Source: an uncultured Acidobacteriota bacterium (lineage in GTDB: Bacteria; Acidobacteriota; Vicinamibacteria; Vicinamibacterales; UBA2999). Taken from it: a stretch of DNA of 64,000 nucleotides. The translations under genes were made by a program, and so were the position numbers. Of the stretch, positions 1 to 14,912 are shown in pieces (position 1 is the stretch's first letter; each line of letters starts with the position of its first letter). The DNA lies in assembly GCA_963843885.1 (NCBI GenBank), contig CAWJMJ010000016.1, positions 449,568 to 513,567 on the forward strand. Direction: 5' to 3'. Under the pieces are notes generated by a model. That model saw nothing but the letters and a program-made list of their open reading frames with translations, had not been told where the DNA came from and searched no databases.

Positions 1-79
1 GGCCGGCGCGAATTCGTCGGCGACGAGCTCTCGGGGTCGAACCCCTCGACGGGACGGGTGGCATCCATGACTGCGATTC

Positions 80-1289
80 CTATCGGCCGACCACCGAGGA
101 CAACTGGAAGAGCGGCATGTAGAGGGCCAGCACGACGCCGGCGATGACGATGCCCATGAACACGAGCATGACCGGCTCGACCAGGGTGACGAAGCGGCTC
201 ACCTCGGTTTCGACGTCCTCGTCGTAGAAATCGGCAAGCGAGGTCAGCATCTCCTGCAGGGCGCCGGTCGACTCGCCCACTTCAATCATCTTGATGGCCA
301 CGTCGGGCATGACGCGCCGCTCCAGCAGCGTGGCGGCGAAGCCCTTGCCCTCGCGCACCTTGTCGGCCACGATGCGCAGTTCTTCGCCCAGGTAGCGGTT
401 GCCGGTCGAGGTGCGACGCGGTGTCGATGCGCGTTGACGAGCGGGATGCCGCCGCCGACGAGCGCCGCCAGCGTGCGGGCAATCTGCGAGGTGGCGAACT
501 TGTGGGCAATGGCGCCGACGAGCGGCAGGCTGCAGCAGCAGTGGTCGAACCGGGCGCGCTGGCCGGGCCGCTTCACCCAGGTGAAGAACGCCGCCACGGC
601 GCCGCCGATGGCGACGACGAGCAGCAGCAGGTTGCCGCGCACGACGTCGGAGATGCCGACGATGATGCGGGTGACGAGCGGCAGTTCCTGATCGAAGCTC
701 TCGTAGAAGCCCGAGAACGCCGGCACGACCTTGACCACGATGATGCCGACCAGCACCGACCGCCAGCGACGGTGAGGATGGCCGGGTAGAGCATGCGCCG
801 AGAGCGTCTTCTTCCGGACCGTGTCGATGACCTTCGAGTAGGCGACGAAGCGGCGCAGCACGCGCGTCGAGCGAGCCGCTGCGCTCGCCGGCGACGAGCG
901 ACGCCATGTAGACGCCGGGAAAGAGGTCGGCGTGGGCGGTGAAGGCGTCGGACAGCGCCGTGCCGCCGCGCACCTTCTCGTGCACGTCGTCGAGCACGGC
1001 CTTGAACACCGGATTGCTGAGCCGCTGGCGCAGGATGTCGAGCGACTGCACGAGCGGCATGCCGGCCTTGAGCAGGGTCGCCAGCTCCTGGTTGAAGATC
1101 AGGAACTCGTCGCGGGGAATCTTCCGCCGCGCCGATGGTGATGCCCTTGACCCCGCCGCGAGCGGCGAGCGAGAGCACGTGCAGGCCCTTCTCCTCCAGC
1201 TCGCGGCGCAGGTGCGCTTCACTCGGGGCGATGTAGACGCCCTCGATCACCTGGCCTGCGGAGGTGCCGAGCCTGCAGCGGAATTCCAT
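80..1289 (-). CDS. pilC: Type IV pilus / T2SS inner-membrane platform protein (PilC/GspF family), interrupted by several frameshifts
   Basis: Minus-strand pieces in three frames join into a GspF-type protein. N-term MEFRCRLGTSAGQVIEGVYIAPSEAHLRRELEEKGLHVLSL (ATG at 1289). Internal IPRDEFLIFNQELATLLKAGMPLVQSLDIL and VVPAFSGFYESFDQELPLVTRIIVGISD. C-term VGESTGALQEMLTSLADFYDEDVETEVSRFVTLVEPVMLVFMGIVIAGVVLALYMPLF (stop at 80). Confidence 0.85.
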
Positions 1290-1302
1290 GCGTGATGGGC
1301 GT

Positions 1303-2214
1303 CTATGACCCCTGCGGCTGCACGAACGCGTGGAAGACGCGGGCGCCGAGCTCGCGCGGGTCGTTCGATTGCGCACCGGGTTCGAGCGCTGGAACGAACG
1401 TCTGGTCGACCACCAGCTTCAGCTCGACCATGTCGCCGCTGCCCATGGTGGCCGCCGACAGCGGAATCTTGAGCACCTGGCCCTCGGGCCCGAGCGGCAC
1501 CGTGGCGATGACCTGATCGCCGAGCCGCAGTTCGACCCGGGTCGCCGCCGTGGCGCCCTTGGCCGGGTTGTCGGCCTGGAAGTAGAGGACGGCGTCGCGG
1601 CGCGGATTGCGGAAGGCCAGCGTGGCTTCCTTCTTGGTCCACTGCCACTCGACCATCGAGTTGTCGGCGGCCGACTCGACCGCGTGCCAGCCGTCCTTGA
1701 AGATGAGGAAGATGTTCTCGGTCTGCGGCACCAGCTCGAACTTGGCGGTCTCGTACGCGCGGCCGCCGGCGTCGGTGCCCGACAGCTTCACACGCGAGCC
1801 GTCGGCCGGGTCGTAGAGCCCGGCCACGATCTTGGCCTGGCCGACGTAGGGGTAGACGGGCGCGAAGACGGTGCGGGTGTACTCGACGGTCTGGCCGGGC
1901 CGCCACGACGAGGTCGGGGTCGGCGGGTCGTGGTCGTCGGTCCACATCTGCTCGCCGTCGGCGTCCATGAAGTGGACGAAGACCTTGCGCGTGCCGAGGC
2001 CGGTGGCGCTGCCGGCCACGTTGAACTTGTAAGTGATGTCGACCGGGCTGCCGAGCGCGACGCGCGACCTGGACAGTTGAACGTCCATGGAGCCCTGGGC
2101 GGGTGCGTCGTCGGTCTTGCCGCGGCATCCGGCGGCCAACAGGGCGCCAAGCAGGAGGATCGCCTGGGCGCGGGGAGCGGTGATGAAGGTGTGCATAGCC
2201 TTGTGAACCAACAT
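1303..2214 (-). CDS. Hypothetical lipoprotein
   Basis: Uninterrupted minus ORF 1303..2421. The internal start at 2214 (or 2196) gives MLVHKAMHTFITAPRAQAILLLGALLAAGC, a signal peptide plus lipobox. No family recognised. Confidence 0.65.
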   Translation of the reverse strand: MLVHKAMHTFITAPRAQAILLLGALLAAGCRGKTDDAPAQGSMDVQLSRSRVALGSPVDITYKFNVAGSATGLGTRKVFVHFMDADGEQMWTDDHDPPTPTSSWRPGQTVEYTRTVFAPVYPYVGQAKIVAGLYDPADGSRVKLSGTDAGGRAYETAKFELVPQTENIFLIFKDGWHAVESAADNSMVEWQWTKKEATLAFRNPRRDAVLYFQADNPAKGATAATRVELRLGDQVIATVPLGPEGQVLKIPLSAATMGSGDMVELKLVVDQTFVPALEPGAQSNDPRELGARVFHAFVQPQGS

Positions 2215-2301
2215 GATAGCGTCTCGGGCACGGCAGCGCCACCGGACAGCCCACGTGATTGTGGTACAGTCTGGCGCCTGACGGCCCCGCCGTCTGCACC
2301 C

Positions 2302-2584
2302 ATGGACAACGGACAGGACGCACTCGGGATGGTCGAAACCCGCGGATTCATCGGGTCGGTGGAAGCGGCCGACGCGATGGTCAAGACCGCCAACGTGGTG
2401 CTCGATCGGCACCGAGTACATCGGCGCGGCCTACGTCACCGTGCTGGTCCGCGGCGATGTCGGGTCCGTGAAGGCGGCTACCGACGCCGGCGCCGCCGCG
2501 GCGCGGCGTGTCGGCGAGCTGATCTCGGTGCACGTGATTCCGCGGCCGCACCCCGACGTCGAACGTATCCTCCCCAAGGCGTAA
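2302..2584 (+). CDS. Bacterial microcompartment shell protein, single-domain BMC-H (PduA/EutM/CcmK type); 1-nt insertion at 2404
   Basis: [34 protein letters not shown] (frame of 2302) continues, after skipping the G at 2404, as [59 protein letters not shown] with TAA at 2582-2584. This is the hallmark BMC-domain sequence pattern. Confidence 0.85.
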
Positions 2585-2602
2585 GACGCCGAGCCGGCGC
2601 CG

Positions 2603-4336
2603 ATGGCCTCCGACAGCACCGCGGCCCTCACTGCTCTCGACCAGGCGTCGATCGCCGAGGCGCAGGCCCTGGCCCGCCGCGCCAAGGCGGCCCAGCTCGC
2701 GCTGGCCGAGCTCTCCCAGGGGCAAATCGACGCCCTCGTGGACGCCATGGCCGGTGCCGCCCTGGCCGCAAGCCGAACCACTGGCCCGGCTGGCCTACGA
2801 GGAAACCGGCTACGGCGTCGTCGCCGACAAGGTCCAGAAGAACCTGTTTGCCGCCCGCGATGTCTATGCCTTCATCCGGCCGATGACGACGGTCGGCGTG
2901 GTCGCCCGCCACGAAGCCAGGCGCGTCATCGAGATCGCCGAGCCGTTCGGGGTGGTGGCCGCGGTCGTGCCGTCGACCAACCCCACCTCGACTGCCATCT
3001 ACAAGCTGCTCATCAGCATCAAGGCCCGCTGCGCGGTGGTGCTCAGCCCGCACCCGGCGGCGGCGCGGTCGAATCATGCGCACCGCCGAGATCATGACCG
3101 ACGCCGCCCGGCGTGCCGGCCTGCCCGACGGCGCCGTCGGTTGGATGTCGACCGTGTCGCTCGAAGGCACGCAGGCGTTGATGCGCGCGCGCGAGGTGGC
3201 GGTCATCCTCGCGACCGGCGGTATGGGCCTGGTGCGCGCCGCCTACTCGGCCGGCAAGCCGGCGTACGGCGTGGGGCCGGGCAACGCGCCGTGCTACGTC
3301 GAGGCCTCGGCCGACATCTCCAAGGCGGCCGACGACATCCTGGCCGGCAAGAGCTTCGACAACGGCGTGCTGTGCTCCTCGCCCAACTCGGTGGTCGTCG
3401 ACCGGGCCGTGGCGCCGGCCCTGCGAGCTGCCTTCCAGGCTGGCGGCGGGTACTTCCTGTCGGACGCAGGAAACCGCCCGCCTGGCCCAGGCGCTGGTGA
3501 CGCCCCGTGCGCCTGCCCAATCCGGCCTTCGTCGGCAAGTCGGCCGTTCACATCGCGGCCCAGGTCGGCATTCCGGTCCCCGCCGGCACCCGCGCGCTCA
3601 TCGCCCCGCTGCGGGGTGTCGGTCGCGACTACCCGCTGTCGATCGAGAAGCTGTGTCCGGTGCTGTCCTATTACGAAGTGGCCGACTGGCGCGAGGGCTG
3701 CGAACGGTGCGAAGCAGATCCTCCGCTACGGCGGCATGGGCCACACCATGTCGATCCACTCCCGTAACGATCAGGTCATCCTCGAGTTCGGGCTGCACAA
3801 GCCGGCCTTCCGCATCTGCGTGAACACGCCCACCACCCACGGCGCCATCGGCCTGACCACCGGACTCGACCCGGCCATGACGCTCGGCTGCGGCGGCTAC
3901 GGCGGGAACATCACGTCGGACAACATCTCGCCGCGCCACCTGCTGAACATCAAGCGGGTGGCCTACGAGCTCCACCCGCGGCCAGGGCGTGCGGTTGCAA
4001 CCGTTCGCGGGCACGCCACCGGCGCCCCCGGCGGCGGAGGGACCGGCGCTGCCGCAAGCGCCGCGCCGCCCGCGCCCCGAGCCGGTGCCGGCGAGTTCCG
4101 TCACCGATTCAATCGATCGCTATCTGGCGACGCGCGGCGCACCTGCGCCGACGACGCCACCAGAGCCGTCCCCGGTCGGACCGCCGGTGGCGTTCATCTG
4201 CGAAGACGACGTGCGCGCGGCGCTGCGCACCGGCGCACGGCTCGTGGCCGGGCCGCGCACCATCGTCACGCCCGCGGCGCGCGACGCCGACGGCGCCGCC
4301 GGCGTCATTCTGTGGGTCGCCGGCCCTACCACATAA
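2603..4336 (+). CDS. CoA-acylating aldehyde dehydrogenase (EutE/PduP-like) with about 115-codon Pro-rich C-terminal extension; multiple frameshifts
   Basis: Pieces in three + frames: [37 protein letters not shown]; [68 protein letters not shown]; [50 protein letters not shown] (catalytic Cys context); [59 protein letters not shown]. The tail then runs to TAA at 4334-4336. Confidence 0.8.
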
Positions 4337-4430
4337 CTGCCGCATCCGCTTGCATTTGCAGCATCCCGTCGGAGCCGGTCGAGTTTGACCCCGGTGACGC
4401 GGGCGTGTTACGGTCACCCCTCACGCCGGC

Positions 4431-6099
4431 ATGCGACGATTCCTTATCTTCTCGATCGTGCTTCCGCTCTGCGCGGCTTGCGCGGCCAACCGGCCGCCAG
4501 TCGTCGCCTCAGCGCCGGCACCCCGCTCCCCAGTGGCCGCTCCCGCGCCGGCCACGACACCCGTCGATCCGACGGTCCAGGTCATCGCCACCGCCGAAGC
4601 CGCCTTCGAGCGTGGCCGCGCTCAGGTCGAGCAAGGCCATCTGCGCGATGCCCGGGTGGCGTTCGACCGCGCCGTCGATACCTTGATGCTCGTCCCCGGC
4701 GGCGCCCGTTCGGAGCCGCGGCTGAGCGCCGCGCTCGATTCCCTGATCGACCGGATCAGCGCCCTGGAGCTGTCGGCCCTGGCGCGCGGCGACGGCTTCA
4801 CCGAAATCGCCTCCGAGCCGGCCACCATCGACACGCTGCTCTCGCTCCCTTCGGCTGAGGCGGACGGAGCCCCGGCCCCGGATGTCGCCACGGCGGTCCG
4901 CGACGACCTGGCCACCACCGCCCACGACATCCCCATTCCGCTGAACGACCGCGTCTTGCGCTTCGTCGAGCTCTTCCAGGGTCGGCTGCGTTCGTTCCTG
5001 AGCGAAGGGCTGGCCCGCGGCGCGCAGTACATGCCGATGATCCAGGCGGTCTTCCGGGACGAGGGGCTGCCGCTCGATCTGGCGTTCGTGCCGCTCGTCG
5101 AGAGCGCTTTCAAGCCGACCGCGCTGTCGCGCGCCAGCGCCCGCGGGGTGTGGCAGTTCATGCGCGCCACCGGCACGGAGAACGGCCTCAAGCACGACTG
5201 GTACATCGACGAGCGCGCCGACCCGGAGAAGGCCACCCGCGCCGCGGCCAAGTACCTGAAGGCGCTCTACCGGATGTTCGACGACTGGCATCTGGCGCTG
5301 GCCTCGTACAACGGCGGCCCGGGCCGCGTGCAGCGGGCGATGAAGCGCTCCGGGCTCGACGACTTCTGGGAGCTGACTGCCTCCTCCAAGCATCTGCCGC
5401 GCGAGACCCGCGACTACGTGCCGATGATCCTGGCGGCGGCGATCATCGCTCGCAACCCGGCCAAGTACGGCTTCGAGGTGCCCTTGGTCTCGCCGGTGCC
5501 GACCGACGGTCGTCACCGTGACCAGCCGGTCGACCTGCGGCGCGTGGCCGAGTGGGCCGGCGTGCCAGCCGAGGACATCCGCACGCTGAACCCCGAACTG
5601 CGCCGCTGGACGACGCCCGTGCGACGCCGCGACTACCAGCTGAACGTGCCGATGGGCACCGCCGCCCTGGTGCTCGAGGCCCACCACGGCTCGGCGCCCG
5701 AGGATGCCGCGTCGCTGCAGTGGTACACGGTGCGCAAGGGCGAGTCGATTCCCACCATCGCGCGGCGCCTGAACGTGTCGCGCACGGATCTGGCTGAAGC
5801 CAACGACCTCGGCCTCACCGCCCGCCTCACCCCCGGTCAGCGGCTTCTGGTGCCGCGCGCGCCGTCCGCCGCCTTGCTGGGCCGGGCGGACCACTCAGGT
5901 GGCAGCCAACGACAGCGACGACGACGAACCCGCCAACGTGGTCTATCGGGTGCGCAAGGGCGACACGCTCTCGGCCATCGCGCGCCGGCACGGCGTGAGC
6001 GTCGAGAACCTGCGGGCGTGGAACAAGCTGCGCGGCTCGGTCATCGGCGTCGGTGACCGCCTGCAGATTCACGCGTCGCGCGCCGGCAACGCCCAGTAG
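4431..6099 (+). CDS. mltD: Membrane-bound lytic murein transglycosylase D-like lipoprotein (SLT domain + 2 LysM); frameshift near 5890
   Basis: Signal/lipobox MRRFLIFSIVLPLCAAC. SLT region VPLVESAFKPTALSRASARGVWQFMRATG..LASYNGGPGRVQRAM. LysM repeats YTVRKGESIPTIARRLNVSRTDLAEAN and YRVRKGDTLSAIARRHGVSVENLRAWN. Confidence 0.8.
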
Positions 6100-6240
6100 C
6101 TCCCCCGCGCGGGCCGCGGATTCTGCCCGGTGCCCGCCGCAGAACCATTGCGGTTTGCGCCACGTGCTGGCGCCCGGGCCGCGCTTTGGCGGCCATTCGT
6201 CCCGTAGTCACCTGGCATCCGGCTTGAGTGGCGTCGAGCC

Positions 6241-7780
6241 ATGCTCGCCCATGTGTTGAGCGCCGCGCTGCGCGGCATCGATGCCTTTCCGGTGTCGGTC
6301 GAGGTCGACGTCACCTTCGGCCTGCCGGTGTTCGCCATGGTGGGGCTGCCCGACGCCAGCGTGCGCGAGAGCCGCGACCGGGTGCGTGCCGCCATCCGGA
6401 ATTCGCGGCTACGACTTCCCGCCCCACCGCATCACCGTCAACCTCGCCCCCGCCGACGTGCGAAAGGCCGGCGCCGCTTTCGACCTGCCGATTGCGCTAG
6501 CCATCCTGGCGGCCGCGGGCCTGGTGCCGGGCCGCGGCGCGCGCCGGCTGGCGGTCGTCGGCGAGCTCTCACTCGACGGCGCGGTGCTGCCGACGCGCGG
6601 CGTCCTGCCCGTCGCCGCCGGCCTGCGGCGACTGGGTGTCGAGGCACTCGTGCTGCCGGCGGCCAACGCCGCCGAAGCGGCGGTCGTGGCCGGGCTCGAC
6701 GGTCTTGCCGGTGCGCACGCTGGCCGAGGCCGTCGAATGTCTGCAGCAGCCGCCGGACGCGTGGCCGCTGCACGCCGCCGGCGCCGCCCATGCTGCCGGC
6801 CGCGGCCGACGGCGACTGCGATCTGCTCGACGTGCGCGGCCAGGCCTCGGCCCGCCGCGCCCTGGAAGTCGCGGCGGCCGGGGGCCATCAACCTGCTGTT
6901 GGTCGGGCCGCCCGGCGCCGGCAAGACCATGCTGGCCCGACGCCTGCCCGGCGTGCTGCCGCCGCTTACCTTCGAGGAGGCGCTCGAGGCGACGGCCGTG
7001 CATTCGGTGGCCGGCCTGCTGGCGCCGGGCGTCGGCCTGGTCGGCGCGCGGCCGTTCCGCGCACCGCATCACACCGTCTCGGACAGCCGCGCTCGTCGGC
7101 GGCGGCAGCCAGCCGCGGCCGGGCGAGGTCACCCTCGCCCACCACGGCGTGCTCTTCCTCGACGAGTTGCCCGAGTTCGGGCGGCGCGGGCTCGAAGTCG
7201 CTGCGCCAGCCGCTGGAGGAAGGACTGGTCCGCATCTCGCGGGCGTCGGGCACCGTCACCTTTCCCGCCGCCTTCACCCTGGTGGCGGCCATGAACCCGT
7301 GCCCGTGCGGCTTTGCCGGTCAGGTCGCGCGCGTGTGCCGCTGCACGCCGCTGGCCGTGCAGCAGGTACTACGACCGGGTCTCGGGACCGTTGCGCGACC
7401 GGCTGGATCTGACGGTCGAGCTTGCGCCGGTGCCCTTCGACACCCTCACCGGCGGTGTCGGCGGCGAGCCGTCGGCGGCGGTGCGGGCGCGGGTGACGGC
7501 GGCACGGACGCGGCAGCACGAGCGGGCTGCCCCTGGCGTGGCCGGATTGAACAGCCGGCTGACCCCGCGCGCGCTGGAACGGGTGGCCGGCCTCGACGAC
7601 GAGGCGCGCCGCCGTCTGGCGGCGGCGGCCGCGCGGCTCTGCCTGAGTGGGCGGGCCGTGCACCGCGTGCTGCGCGTGGCGCGCACCGTGGCCGACCTCG
7701 ACGCCAGCGGCCCTGTCCTCCTGCCCCACCTGCTCGAGGCCCTCCAGTTCCGGGCCACTGGGGCCCCGGCTCCGGGGTGA
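6241..7780 (+). CDS. comM: Mg-chelatase-like AAA+ protein ComM/YifB; many frameshifts
   Basis: [55 protein letters not shown]; [30 protein letters not shown]; [27 protein letters not shown] (Walker A); [19 protein letters not shown] (Walker B); [11 protein letters not shown]; [19 protein letters not shown]. Confidence 0.85.
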
Positions 7781-7911
7781 CATCGCGGCCGGGACGCCGG
7801 CCGGCGACGGTCCCGTGCACGCCCTTCTGGACTTCTGGGCGCCGGGGCGGGTATCCTGCTTGGATTGCGTCCGGCCGGGAGAGCCCGCAGGACGTCAGAC
7901 CCCCATACCGG

Positions 7912-8832
7912 ATGCCGTCCGCCCGATACACCGTCCTGCTCGCCGACCGCCGAACCGGCGTGGTTCGCCGCTTCACCGTCGGGCTCCGCCCGGCGCTGGT
8001 GGTCATCACCACCGTCGTCACGCTGCCCGTCCTCATCGGGATGGGCGCGGCGTGGAAGGCCAAGGCCGATGTCGCCGACCTGTTCGCCTCCCACGCCACT
8101 CTCGAAATGGAGCTCGCCAACTACCGCAGCGCCACCGAGGCGCTGACCGGGCAGTTGCAGGGGCTCCAGACGGCGCTCGACGACCTCGGCGGCCGCGCCG
8201 CGCTCGACCCGGCCCTGCGCTCGGCCATGGACAAGCTGCCGGCAATCGTCAAGTCGCGCGCCATGGGCGGCACCGCCGCCACCTCCAGGCTGGCGATGCT
8301 GCCCAGTCTGAACTCGCCGGAAGACACGTTCGGGCTGCTGCGCGATCTGCTGCGGGGCCTCGAGAGCCGGCTGGAATCCGTGCAGTCGGGCGTCGACAGG
8401 CGCAACGCGCTGGCCGCCGCCACGCCGTCGCTCTGGCCGGTGGCCGGCTGGCTGACCTCGGCGATGGGCAACCGGCGCGATCCGTTCACCGGCGGCCCCG
8501 ACTTCCATCCCGGTCTCGATATCTCGGCCGAGCGCGGCGCCCCCGTCTACGCCACCGCCGACGGCGTGGTCGTGCACGCCAGCCCGTTCAGCGACTACGG
8601 CAATCTGATTCGGATCGATCACGGCTTCGGGCTCGAGTCCCGCTACGGCCACCTCTCGAAGTTCGAGGTCGAGGCCGGCGGCAAGGTGAAGCGCGGCGAT
8701 CTCATCGGCCGGGTCGGCGCCACCGGGCGCGCCACGGCGCCTCATCTCCACTACGAAGTGCGTGTCAACGACCGGCTGCTGAACCCGCTCCAGTTCCTGC
8801 TCAAGAGCGCGCGCCAGACCGGCGGCGACTGA
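7912..8832 (+). CDS. M23 family metallopeptidase (membrane-anchored, coiled-coil N-terminal part)
   Basis: Intact 306-aa frame from ATG 7912. TM segment [25 protein letters not shown]23 motifs [23 protein letters not shown] and [18 protein letters not shown]. Confidence 0.85.
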   Translation: MPSARYTVLLADRRTGVVRRFTVGLRPALVVITTVVTLPVLIGMGAAWKAKADVADLFASHATLEMELANYRSATEALTGQLQGLQTALDDLGGRAALDPALRSAMDKLPAIVKSRAMGGTAATSRLAMLPSLNSPEDTFGLLRDLLRGLESRLESVQSGVDRRNALAAATPSLWPVAGWLTSAMGNRRDPFTGGPDFHPGLDISAERGAPVYATADGVVVHASPFSDYGNLIRIDHGFGLESRYGHLSKFEVEAGGKVKRGDLIGRVGATGRATAPHLHYEVRVNDRLLNPLQFLLKSARQTGGD

Positions 8833-8915
8833 TCCTCCCGCCCCGCCCCGTTCCTTGACGGTCTCCGCCGTCACCAGTAACATCATTTGAATCCCCAGGC
8901 ATTCGGTACTCCCGC

Positions 8916-11857
<2,942 letters not shown>

Positions 11858-11951
11858 TGCCCGGTCCCCTCGCCGTCACCCGTCCTGTCCGACCCCGAAG
11901 GCCGACTCCTGCGTCGGCCTTTCTCGTATCCGTTCCTCGAGACGACCGCCC

Positions 11952-13484
<1,533 letters not shown>

Positions 13485-13504
13485 GTCAGCGCGGCCGGGC
13501 GCCG

Positions 13505-14128
13505 ATGCCGTCTTCGCCCCCTCTCGAACTCGTGCTGCTGCTCTCGCCGGCCCACTGCGGTGGGCGGCGCGCGCTGGCGCTGCGCCGGCCCCAGGCCGGA
13601 GGTGAAGCGGCGCTGCGCCTGCGCACCGGCACGCTCACGCTGGGCGAGGCCTTCGCGTTCATGAGCAGTCTCTACTTCCGCGGCAAGCTGGCCTACGCCC
13701 GCTCGGTGGTGGCCCGGCGCGGCGAAAGCGCGACCAGCCTGGTGATCACGCCGACCCGCGGCCTGCTCTCGCCCAACACCATGGCCTCGGCGGCGCTGCT
13801 CGAAGAATTCGCCGCCACGGATATCGCCGCGGCGGACACGCGCTACCGCGTGCCGCTCGAACGCGACCTGGCCATGCTGGGGGCGCGGCTGGCGCCCGCG
13901 GCGCAAGTGGTCCTGCTCGGCAGCATCGCCAGCGACAAGTACGTCGACGTGCTGGCGCCGGCCCTCGGCCCGCGGCTGCATTACCCGCCGGCGTTCGTCG
14001 GACGCGGCGACATGAGCCGCGGCGGCCTGCTGCTCCGCCACGCCGCCAGTGGCGAGGAGCTCGACTACGCGCCGCTGACGGTCGTGGCGCCGCGCCACGG
14101 CCCGCGCCCACCGAAGCTGGGGCGATGA
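13505..14128 (+). CDS. Conserved-looking hypothetical protein (207 aa), family not recognised
   Basis: Intact frame starting 20 nt after the guaB stop: [71 protein letters not shown]. Amino-acid composition looks coding-like. Function unknown. Confidence 0.55.
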   Translation: MPSSPPLELVLLLSPAHCGGRRALALRRPQAGGEAALRLRTGTLTLGEAFAFMSSLYFRGKLAYARSVVARRGESATSLVITPTRGLLSPNTMASAALLEEFAATDIAAADTRYRVPLERDLAMLGARLAPAAQVVLLGSIASDKYVDVLAPALGPRLHYPPAFVGRGDMSRGGLLLRHAASGEELDYAPLTVVAPRHGPRPPKLGR

Positions 14129-14222
14129 GGCGCGCATCGCCGGGCGCACACCGACGTCGCCGGCGCTTGATTCACCACCGGCGGCGAACACCCGCCAGAC
14201 CCGGCTCGGCACCCGGGCGATC

Positions 14223-14332
14223 GGTCGGCCGTCTCTCGGCGTCCGGTCGGCGGTCTCTCGGCGTCCGGTCGATGGTGTCGGCCGTCTCGGTCGGCGGTCT
14301 CTCGGCGTCCGGTCGGCGTCCGGTCGGCTGCC
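14223..14332. repeat. Tandem 22-bp repeat array (about 4 full + 2 half units) in a convergent intergenic region
   Basis: GGTCGGCCGTCTCTCGGCGTCC (14223), GGTCGGCGGTCTCTCGGCGTCC (14245), degenerate unit (14267), GGTCGGCGGTCTCTCGGCGTCC (14289), then GGTCGGCGTCC and GGTCGGCTGCC. Units are head-to-tail with no spacers. Confidence 0.75.
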
Positions 14333-14423
14333 GCTGCGGCGGCCGGCAGCATGTCCGGTGTGGCGTGCTCCGGGTCAGGCAGGGGTCAGCTGGAGCGGAC
14401 GGGTCAGGCCGGTACCGAGCCGG

Positions 14424-14912
14424 TCAGCTTCGGCCCCGGGGGGCGGTAGCGGCGCCGTCGCGGGCGACCGTGATGTGACGCTCGTCGCCGCTTGCGGGGG
14501 TGATGCGCACCGTCACGGCGCCCGCGGGCGCGCGCGCCAGGCGCTCGGCCCACTCGATGACCACGACCCCGGCCTCGGCCAGGTGCGGATCGAACCCCAC
14601 CTCGTCGAGCTCGATGCCGGCGAGGCGGTAGAGGTCCAGATGCAGCAGCGGCAGGCGGCCGCCGGCGTATTCGTGGACCAGGGTGAAGGTCGGGCTGGTC
14701 ACGGCGTCCGGGTCGAGCCCGAGTCCGGCCGCCAGCCCTTTCACGAACACGGTCTTGCCCGCGCCCAGGTCGCCGTGCAGCAGCACGACGTCGCCGGCCA
14801 CGAGCGCGGCCGCCAGCTTCCCCGCCGCGGCGCGCGTGCCGGCTTCGTCCGCCGTCACGAAAGTCGTCGGCGCCGTCGCCGGCGGCGGCCCGGTGGAGTC
14901 GTCGCCCGTCAC
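14424..14912 (-). CDS. tsaE: tRNA t6A biosynthesis ATPase TsaE
   Basis: GDVVLLHGDLGAGKTVFVKGLAAGLG..VTSPTFTLVHEY..LLHLDLYRL. The GTG start at 14912 overlaps the nnr stop (GTGA). Confidence 0.85.
   Translation of the reverse strand: MTGDDSTGPPPATAPTTFVTADEAGTRAAAGKLAAALVAGDVVLLHGDLGAGKTVFVKGLAAGLGLDPDAVTSPTFTLVHEYAGGRLPLLHLDLYRLAGIELDEVGFDPHLAEAGVVVIEWAERLARAPAGAVTVRITPASGDERHITVARDGAATAPRGRS

Noticed and set aside
26-50. tRNA-like T-arm (GGGGTCGAACCCC).
   Set aside because: The loop is 5 nt rather than 7. No acceptor, D or anticodon arms can be drawn around it. It is just a short hairpin.
1-68. Possible 5' end of another minus-strand gene (ATG at 66-68, MDATRPVEGFDPESS..) running off the left edge.
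   Set aside because: It is too short to evaluate and has no recognisable motif. It could equally be non-coding or in a shifted frame.
2302-2584. A carboxysome interpretation of the BMC-H gene.
   Set aside because: No RuBisCO, carbonic anhydrase or CsoS2/CcmM-type genes are nearby. The adjacent enzyme is an acylating aldehyde dehydrogenase, which is typical of catabolic metabolosomes.
1330-2886. Very long ORFs antisense to or overlapping the called genes (for example 1330-2886 +, 4509-5894 -, 20716-22419 +, 44336-46834 +, 57025-58746 +, 61268-63730 -).
   Set aside because: Their translations are Arg/Ala/Gly/Pro-rich low-complexity strings with no recognisable motifs. The opposite or alternative frame carries clear family signatures. 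Long stop-free antisense frames are expected at this GC content.
4337-4354. CTGCCGCATCCGCTTGCA upstream of mltD, resembling a -24/-12 promoter.
   Set aside because: The invariant GG of the -24 element is GC here.
14223-14332. CRISPR array.
   Set aside because: The repeats are only 22 bp and directly abut each other without spacers. No cas genes are nearby.
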